From positions 99,095 to 163,094 of the forward strand of contig CAWFNG010000008.1 in assembly GCA_963817135.1 (NCBI GenBank): a DNA stretch of 64,000 nt, in the 5' to 3' direction. This document shows, one piece after another, positions 57,642-64,000 of this stretch. Each line of letters begins with the position of its first letter. Within the stretch, counting starts at the first letter, position 1. The notes beneath the pieces were generated by a model. The model ran no database searches. It was given only the letters and a program-made list of their open reading frames with translations, and was not told where the DNA came from. The position numbers were made by a program, and so were the translations under genes. This DNA is from an uncultured Alphaproteobacteria bacterium (GTDB lineage: Bacteria > Pseudomonadota > Alphaproteobacteria > Rhizobiales > Xanthobacteraceae).

Positions 57642-58906
57642 TTTACGGTCTCCTTCTTCTTGTTCGGTGGCGGGTAACGGTCAGAGGTTGGCCGTGAGGG
57701 ATTATAGCCTCGGTGCTCAGGATCCTTTCGTTCAAGTCTTCGAATGGGAAGATCGAGCGTGAACGTCGTTCCCGTATTCTTCGCGCTCTCTGCCATAACG
57801 ACCCCACCGTGTGCTTCTGCAATTCCTTTGACCAAGGTCAATCCCAAACCCCATCCTTTTATAGCGCTATTTTCGCTCTCCCCAGTTCGTTGGAATGCCT
57901 GAAACAGATTTTCTCGATCCTCAATGGGAATCTCGGGGCCTTGGTTATGAACGGAAAGCACTGCCTGATCATTTCTTCGCTGCAGCTTGATGGTAATCGG
58001 AATGTCGGGTGCGCCATACTTAATGGCATTAGTCACCAAGTTATCCAGCGCTCTGCGAATCCCACTTAACCCCCAATTTCCCCAAATCGATTTATCGGCG
58101 GTGAAGTCGAGGCGGCCACATTCCGTTAGAGATATTTCCTCGACCATTTTGCCGACTTCAACGCCAAGATCACAGGCATGAAAGTCCAGATGGATGGTCT
58201 TTCCACCCCGCATACTAGTCACATCGAGCAGCGATTTAATCATTGCATCAGCTCGTTCTACGCTGTGAAGAATCATCCTGAGGATGCGCTTATGCTTGTC
58301 GGTTTGCGCCGAATTCCCAAGAATTAATTCAGACCCCATATGGATTCCATTTAAAGGTTGGCGAATATCATGTGAGACGAGGGCAAGCACCTTTTCCATT
58401 ATTATTGAGGCATGTTCTGCTTGCCGCTTGGCCTGAATAGTCTGGCGAAATGCGGTACGCAGCGAGGATTCGAGGCAGGCCACAAATATGGCAAGGCCAA
58501 CGATGATAAAAAAGTGTTCGTACCCGGCACGCGAACCGAGAACAGCTCCAACAGGAGGAATAAAACTATAGTCCGCAGCCAGAGCTAGAATAACGGCGAA
58601 AGAAACGGCTAGAAAAGGCCCGCAATAGAGTGCGATCAAAACAATCACAACTATGCTCAGAGACGAAAAATGATGGTTGCGACCTGTAGCCTCATAAAGA
58701 TAGAAAGTAAGGATAAATCCAATAATCGCCATCATCGAAGCCGCGATAAACCTTTTGACGACAGATCGCTCCGCTACGAAAAAATTCTCCCACTTCTGTT
58801 TTAGTCCAACTTGCGCCAGGCCTATGCGTTGGCCGACGTGGCTGACGCCGATCCGTCGAAATACTTCGACGCGATCCCACACTCGGAACTCCCTCAAAAT
58901 CGACAT
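57638..58906 (-). CDS. sensor histidine kinase with multi-TM (DUF4118-like) input region
   Basis: H-box LALVSHDIRQPLNGI, N-box LDNLVTNAIKYG, G-boxes ..GWGLGLTLVKGIAEAHGG... No periplasmic domain or HAMP is evident. The true start may lie downstream of 58906. Confidence 0.8.
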   Translation of the reverse strand: MSILREFRVWDRVEVFRRIGVSHVGQRIGLAQVGLKQKWENFFVAERSVVKRFIAASMMAIIGFILTFYLYEATGRNHHFSSLSIVVIVLIALYCGPFLAVSFAVILALAADYSFIPPVGAVLGSRAGYEHFFIIVGLAIFVACLESSLRTAFRQTIQAKRQAEHASIIMEKVLALVSHDIRQPLNGIHMGSELILGNSAQTDKHKRILRMILHSVERADAMIKSLLDVTSMRGGKTIHLDFHACDLGVEVGKMVEEISLTECGRLDFTADKSIWGNWGLSGIRRALDNLVTNAIKYGAPDIPITIKLQRRNDQAVLSVHNQGPEIPIEDRENLFQAFQRTGESENSAIKGWGLGLTLVKGIAEAHGGVVMAESAKNTGTTFTLDLPIRRLERKDPEHRGYNPSRPTSDRYPPPNKKKETVK

Positions 58907-59000
58907 TCTTCAGGTCACAAGATCGAGAGGATGGTCGGTAGCTGGTTTACCGCCGCAGCCATCAAGCCCTCGTAGCTTGTCAGGCCTTCGGCAGCTGATT

Positions 59001-59729
59001 TCAAAATTGACGATCTCCTTCGCGAAAGCGATATCCCACACCATAGAGCGTATCGATCATGTCGAAGGCATCGTCGACCGCCATGAACTTCCTACGCACT
59101 CGCTTGATGTGACTATCGATCGTACGGTAGTCGACGTGAACGTTTTCGGGATATGCCGCATCCATTAGCGCGTTGCGACTCTTGACTACGCCTGGACGGA
59201 TCGCGAGCGCCTGCAAAATTAGGAACTCGGTGAGTGTCAGTGTGACTGGTCTGCCCATCCACGTGCAGGCATGTCGTTCGGGATCGACCCGCAAGTCACC
59301 CTGCTCCAATACCTTGGTGGAGAGTCCTTTGGTGCCGTACCCATAGCCATCCCTGTAACTATCTTTCGCCGTTGCTCGTCGCAATATTACTTTGACACGC
59401 TCCAACAGGACCCGCTGTGAAAACGGCTTGCGGATGAAGTCGTCCGCGCCGACCTTGAAAGCGAACAGTTCATCAATTTCCTCTTCCTTTGATGTCAGCA
59501 TGATGACTGGCATATCGGAGTTCCGCCGGAGGCACTTCAGAAGCTCCATTCCGTCCATGCGCGGCATCTTGATGTCGAGAATGGCAAGATCAGGTGGACT
59601 TGCTTGAATTCCTCCGAGTGCGGATGCGCCATCGGAATAGGTCATGATCCGGTATCCCTCGGCCTCTAGTGCGATGGATACCGAAGTCAGGATGTTGCGG
59701 TCGTCGTCGACCAGTGCGATGATTGGCAT
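59001..59729 (-). CDS. OmpR-family response regulator, ChvI/BvrR-like
   Basis: [131 protein letters not shown]. It resembles ChvI closely as I recall that family. Confidence 0.8.
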   Translation of the reverse strand: MPIIALVDDDRNILTSVSIALEAEGYRIMTYSDGASALGGIQASPPDLAILDIKMPRMDGMELLKCLRRNSDMPVIMLTSKEEEIDELFAFKVGADDFIRKPFSQRVLLERVKVILRRATAKDSYRDGYGYGTKGLSTKVLEQGDLRVDPERHACTWMGRPVTLTLTEFLILQALAIRPGVVKSRNALMDAAYPENVHVDYRTIDSHIKRVRRKFMAVDDAFDMIDTLYGVGYRFREGDRQF

Positions 59730-60031
59730 AAGCCCCTCTGTAGGTTCGTTGTCGGAGAAGGTGCCGCCCCGTCCCGCGCCTCGCGAACGTCGCGTTGCCC
59801 CCGCGCAACTTGCTCCCGGCAGCTTACACAGCGCTTACTCGGAAATTACAATTTGTTCACGTTATCAGAACTTGCAAGTTTGCCATTTGCGCGGTGTTCT
59901 CGGACCGAGTTTTGGCTCGGCGCAGCATATAAACTTCATATAAACAGTACGAACCACACTTGCTTCGTATCGGCCCTATTTCAGCCGAAGAAACCGGCTA
60001 TTTCCAGCCGTATAGGGATTGGGGAGCTAGC

Positions 60032-60244
60032 ATGCGAAAACTAGTTGTTGCGCTGGCGACAATCGCCGTCCTGACAGCGCCCGCGTATTCCCAGAATTGA
60101 GGCAAAGGATCTAAGAGTTCGCAACCTACCCAGCAGAACGAAGACAAAAAGAAGAAGGATGCTGCCGCAGAGCAGGCTTACAAAGATGCTCTCCGTAGCA
60201 TCCCTGAACAAAAGAATTCTGATCCTTGGGCGAAGATGCGCTAA
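60032..60244 (+). pseudogene. small secreted Lys/Gln-rich protein interrupted by an in-frame TGA
   Basis: GGGGAG RBS. MRKLVVALATIAVLTAPAYSQN-[TGA 60098-60100]-GKGSKSSQPTQQNEDKKKKDAAAEQAYKDALRSIPEQKNSDPWAKMR-TAA. Both halves are in the same frame. Confidence 0.4.
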
Positions 60245-60336
60245 CCGAGTGCTGCGGCTCGTAAAGGTGCGAGCGGACGTGCGCCGCTGGCAAACGGCCG
60301 ATCGCGCAGAGCACTCAATCTACAGAACACATTCCG

Positions 60337-61491
60337 ATGTCCTCCGCGGTTTCAGCACATATCCTTCTGAAGACAGCGGTCGTTTTCATTGTCTGTGGCG
60401 CAATTGCGGCCTGTGCTACGCCTCGGGCTCAGTTTACCGCAGCCCAGGCGGAGAACGCGCAGTTACCGGGCTTTTCTCACATCAGAGCGTTCGCTGACTC
60501 CACAGGGCGAAAGCTCGAAACGGACCCGGCCAAATTCGATCCGCAAAAAGATTTTGTCTTTTTGGCTCTTTCCGGCGGAGGCGCGGACGGTGCGTTCGGA
60601 GCGGGTATTCTCAATGGCTGGACGGCGACGCATCAACGGCCGCAATTCACCGTGGTGTCGGGCGCAAGTACGGGTGCACTCATGGCTCCACTTGCCTTTC
60701 TCGGGCCTGAATACGATGACGTTATCAAGGAGATCTATACGGGAGGTCATGCCGAGCAGTTCGTCAAAGCTGTAAATGTCACTAACGTAATCTTTGGCGC
60801 AGGTCTGATAAGCCCAGACAGCGCACGCAGCATTGTTTCACGATTTATAACCCCGCGTGTGCTCGCTGATATTGCGCGAGAGCATCGGAAAGGACGGCGT
60901 CTCTACGTAATCACTACAAATCTTGACGCGCAGCGGCCGGTGCTATGGGACATGGGCGCAATCGCTGCAAGCGACAGGCCTGATGCTGCCTCGGTTTTCA
61001 GTGAAGTCCTTACCGCTTCCGCCAGCTATCCGGGGGTATTCTCGCCTGTGCTCATCGATGTCGAAGCAGACGGGCACCGGTTCACCGAAATGCATATCGA
61101 CGGCGAGGCGACGGACCCGATGTTTGTGGGGCCGGAGAAAATTCTAAAAGGCCTCGGGGTCACGCGTTCCGCGTCGGCTCATAAATCGATGTATATGCTC
61201 ATCAATACGAAGCTGGAACCAAGCTTCGAGGTGATGGAGAATAATTTACTGCAGGTCCCCAGCCGGGCTGTCTTTACTCTGACCAAGACGGAGCGCCGGA
61301 ACAGTGTCCTTGCGGCATATGAATTTGCGCGTAGAAACGGGTTTAAATTCAATCTTACATACCTTCCCAAGGACATCCCGGATAAAGGCTCAACAGAATT
61401 CGACACAGGCTATATGCAATCGCTGTTTGCATACGGATACGAGCTTGGCCGTTCCGGACAGGCGTGGCAATCGTCGCTGCCGGAGCAGTAA
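60337..61491 (+). CDS. patatin-like phospholipase, predicted lipoprotein
   Basis: Oxyanion LSGGGADGAFGAG, nucleophile GASTGA, downstream catalytic Asp region (..HIDGEA..), and lipobox-like ..GAIAAC. Confidence 0.85.
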   Translation: MSSAVSAHILLKTAVVFIVCGAIAACATPRAQFTAAQAENAQLPGFSHIRAFADSTGRKLETDPAKFDPQKDFVFLALSGGGADGAFGAGILNGWTATHQRPQFTVVSGASTGALMAPLAFLGPEYDDVIKEIYTGGHAEQFVKAVNVTNVIFGAGLISPDSARSIVSRFITPRVLADIAREHRKGRRLYVITTNLDAQRPVLWDMGAIAASDRPDAASVFSEVLTASASYPGVFSPVLIDVEADGHRFTEMHIDGEATDPMFVGPEKILKGLGVTRSASAHKSMYMLINTKLEPSFEVMENNLLQVPSRAVFTLTKTERRNSVLAAYEFARRNGFKFNLTYLPKDIPDKGSTEFDTGYMQSLFAYGYELGRSGQAWQSSLPEQ

Positions 61492-61632
61492 TTAGTCATG
61501 AGCAGGTAAATCGCAAAGTAACGGCATCATACGGACGCGCACCGTCAGGTGAGTAGACCGGCACGCGGACCGATTTCCAGAGTTTAATTTAATTAGTCGG
61601 CCGTGCGGCATTCCAGGTCCCAGGAGGACGAT

Positions 61633-62736
61633 TTGACGCTCATTCTCAGCAACGTTGATATCGACGAACTTGTTTCCATAGACGAATGCCTTGAGAGACT
61701 GGATCAGACGTATCAGGATCTCGGCAACGGATTGGCGCAGAACCGGCCGCGCAGCGACATCTACGGGCCGATCCGGGATAATGGCCGATACATCTTCAAG
61801 ACCATGGACGGCATGGTGCCGCGGTTCGAAGTAGCCGCCGTCAGGCTAAACTCCGATACTGTTCGTTGGAGCGTGACCCCGGCAGGAATTCGCAAGGACA
61901 AACAACCGACCGGCCCTGGCGGCAAGTGGATCGGTCTGATCATGCTGTTTAGCATGCGAACCGGCGAACCTTTAGCTATCATGCCGGATGGGGTGGTGCA
62001 GCGGCTGCGCGTTGCCAGCACCAACGCGCTGGCGGCCAAGTACATGGCGGCGCAGAATGCGTCGACTTATGCCCTCATCGGGGCGGGATGGCAGGCCAGC
62101 GGCCAGGCCCTCGCCATGGCGGCCGTGCGCAAGCTGAAGGAAATCAGGGTTTACAGTCCGACGCCGGCCAATCGCGAGCGGCTGGCAACAGAACTGGCAA
62201 ATCAGCTCAGTATCAAGGTTGTCGCCTCACCGGACGCGAGAACCGCGGTGCGCGGCGCCGACATTGTCGGGACGGCCACTAACAGCATTACTCCCGTGGT
62301 TGAACTCGATTGGCTCGAACCGCATGCCCACGTCACCTGCGTAAAGGAGCTTGAACTCGGTCACGGCATTCTCGGCAACAGCTCACTCGTCGTCGTTCAT
62401 ACGCGGCTCGACCGGCCGGCAAACTATATCGTCGGCAAGGGCGAAAATCCGATCTTGGATCACGACCCAGAGGAGGGCCTGACCGGCGAGATCGCCAGGA
62501 CCCGTGCCAGCAAGCGGCCAAATGAGATCGATTTGAGCAAGCAGCCCGACCTCGGCGAGCTTGCGGCTGGAATGGTCCAGCGGCCGAGGCCAGGCACAAT
62601 GACAACCTTTGTCAATACGATCGGAATGGGCCTGCAGTTCGCAGCCGTCGGCTCGCTGGCCTATGAGAAAGCTCAGGCGGCGGGTCGCGGGCGTGAGATT
62701 CCGACGGATTGGTTTCTGGAAGATGTGCACCCTTGA
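61633..62736 (+). CDS. ornithine cyclodeaminase / mu-crystallin family protein
   Basis: Rossmann ..ALIGAGWQASGQALAM..IRVYSPT..., with AGGAGG 5 nt upstream of the TTG at 61633. The ORF is open from 61603. Confidence 0.75.
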   Translation: MTLILSNVDIDELVSIDECLERLDQTYQDLGNGLAQNRPRSDIYGPIRDNGRYIFKTMDGMVPRFEVAAVRLNSDTVRWSVTPAGIRKDKQPTGPGGKWIGLIMLFSMRTGEPLAIMPDGVVQRLRVASTNALAAKYMAAQNASTYALIGAGWQASGQALAMAAVRKLKEIRVYSPTPANRERLATELANQLSIKVVASPDARTAVRGADIVGTATNSITPVVELDWLEPHAHVTCVKELELGHGILGNSSLVVVHTRLDRPANYIVGKGENPILDHDPEEGLTGEIARTRASKRPNEIDLSKQPDLGELAAGMVQRPRPGTMTTFVNTIGMGLQFAAVGSLAYEKAQAAGRGREIPTDWFLEDVHP

Positions 62737-62747
62737 TGCGGACCAGC

Positions 62748-63731
62748 ATGGACCGTCGTGAAATGTTGCTGTCAGTCGGCGTATTGCTCGCGGCGGCAAC
62801 GCTTGTGCGCGCCGAAGCTGCGGATGGGCGATATCCCGACCGCCCCATCCGCTTGATCGTTCCCCGCACAGGCACAGGCGTGGTCGATGTCGTCGGTCGC
62901 GAATGGAGCGAGAATGTCAGGACTACGCTTGGCGCGACCTATATCGAGAATATCGGCGGGGCAGGGGGAACGATCGGGGCGATGATGGCGGCACGCGCCC
63001 GGCCCGACGGATACACCTTGCTTCTCGGCACCACGAGCGAGCTCGTGCTCAGCCCGGTGCTCGCGACCCAGCCCTACGATCCCGTGAAGGATTTTGTCCC
63101 GATCATGATCATGTCGGCGTCGACCGAGGTCATAGCCGTGCATCCGTCGATACCAGCGCACGATCTCAAAGAAATGGTCGCCTACGCCAAGGCCAATCCC
63201 GGCCGACTCAACTATGGTTCGGCCGGCGTCGGGAGCGTCTCCAATCTGGCCGGCGAGCTCCTCAAGCAAATGGCCGGGTTACCGGATATCGTCCACATCC
63301 CCTACAAGGGAGGGAGCGCGGCGCTCTCGGATCTCGTCTCCGGCCAGATCACCATCGCTACGCCCGCGATTTCAAAAAGCGTGATCGAGCTGCACGGAGC
63401 GGGCAGGATCCGCATTCTCGCCGTCACCTCCGAGCAGCGTCTTGCCGCTGCGCCCGACTTGCCGACCGGGATTGAGCAAGGCTTCCCCGGATTGGTGACG
63501 CAGCTCGTCATCGGTCTGTTTGCGCCCGCGGGTACGCCGCAACCAATCCTCGATCAGATCGAACGAGCGACACGCGACGCCGTGCAGGACAAGGCGCTGC
63601 AATCGAAACTCGCCGCTGCAGGGTTCGAGACGATCACCAACTCCAACCCCGCAAAGGCGGCGGAATATCTCAAGGCGGAGATCGCCCGCTGGACCCCCGT
63701 GCTCAAAGCTGCCGGCATGAAACGGGACTAA
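62748..63731 (+). CDS. Bug-family (TctC-like) tripartite tricarboxylate transporter substrate-binding protein
   Basis: Signal MDRREMLLSVGVLLAAATLVRAEA, then ..YPDRPIRLIVP...G...D...R........G....ENIGGAGG.IG.. and ..IPYKGG..A..DL..G.., typical of Bug proteins. Confidence 0.85.
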   Translation: MDRREMLLSVGVLLAAATLVRAEAADGRYPDRPIRLIVPRTGTGVVDVVGREWSENVRTTLGATYIENIGGAGGTIGAMMAARARPDGYTLLLGTTSELVLSPVLATQPYDPVKDFVPIMIMSASTEVIAVHPSIPAHDLKEMVAYAKANPGRLNYGSAGVGSVSNLAGELLKQMAGLPDIVHIPYKGGSAALSDLVSGQITIATPAISKSVIELHGAGRIRILAVTSEQRLAAAPDLPTGIEQGFPGLVTQLVIGLFAPAGTPQPILDQIERATRDAVQDKALQSKLAAAGFETITNSNPAKAAEYLKAEIARWTPVLKAAGMKRD

Positions 63732-63815
63732 GGCTGGTCCGAATTATCGCGATGAACCTGTATTACGCAATCGAAATGAGAAGGCAGCCGCAACTCGTCA
63801 GACGACTGATTTTTC

Positions 63816-64000
63816 TCACGCAGTTTGCGGACGATCCTTACCCTCGATCAGCACGCGGTAACCCGAGCGAACATTGGGCCAATAGTCCCAGATTGCGAAA
63901 TGCTGCGTGCAGCGATTGTCCCAAAAAGCGATCGAATGATCCGTCCAGCGGAAGCGAACCTGCCAGTGCGGCTTGGCCATGTGGTCGAAGAGAAAAGAGA
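63816..64000 (-). CDS. TauD/TfdA-family Fe(II)/2-oxoglutarate dioxygenase, C-terminal end only (partial)
   Basis: Hand translation of the minus strand: ..HWQVRFRWTDHSIAFWDNRCTQHFAIWDYWPNVRSGYRVLIEGKDRPQTA*. The WDNR.TQH motif is typical. The gene continues beyond the window. Confidence 0.7.
   Translation of the reverse strand, partial: SFLFDHMAKPHWQVRFRWTDHSIAFWDNRCTQHFAIWDYWPNVRSGYRVLIEGKDRPQTA

Noticed and set aside
60098-60100. The in-frame TGA as a selenocysteine codon.
   Set aside because: No SECIS-like hairpin is evident immediately downstream. The protein is a small secreted Lys-rich protein with no redox motif. No sel genes are seen in the window. A nonsense mutation is the simpler explanation.
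55000-61491. Cyclase plus patatin phospholipase read as a CBASS-like signalling defence system.
   Set aside because: The cyclase is an ordinary class III CYCc enzyme with its own sensor domain, not a CD-NTase. The genes are 4 kb apart, on opposite strands, and separated by unrelated genes. The patatin protein has a lipoprotein export signal, unlike cytoplasmic CapV-type effectors.

Overview
High-GC alphaproteobacterial chromosome segment. Gene order and a permuted two-piece tmRNA suggest Rhizobiales, Bradyrhizobiaceae-like; this is inference. Most of the window is core housekeeping: wrbA, a pirin/LysR pair, uvrD, ycjX-ycjF, an ECF sigma factor, a D-lactate-dehydrogenase-like FAD oxidase, a 1210-aa AsmA-family protein, sspB next to ssrA, tctBA, thyA-folA, hflKC-DUF2065-HtrA, divergent serB/miaA, ilvIH-ilvC, a NitT/TauT-type ABC transporter and a metE-like gene. 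Two stretches look accessory. The first is 47.4-53.7 kb, with a Sel1-repeat gene and a 4.4-kb TIR-TM-TPR gene, both frame-disrupted, followed by 0.65 kb of non-coding DNA. The second is an AT-richer block at about 56.3-61.6 kb with a porin-like OMP, a ChvI-like response regulator paired with an atypical kinase, and a patatin lipoprotein. Three repeat themes recur in non-coding DNA. (1) A CTAG-bounded mosaic palindromic element family sits at four loci and donates stop codons or C-termini to three genes. (2) A GGGAGAGGG-type palindromic repeat is inserted in frame inside uvrD. (3) A GGAGGACAGA repeat cluster lies inside the ABC operon. At least 15 reading-frame disruptions are visible, about nine of them packed into 1.4 kb of the TIR gene. 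No rRNA, tRNA, CRISPR array, transposase or integrase was recognised. All family calls come from reading the translated ORFs and recalling families; no database search was run.
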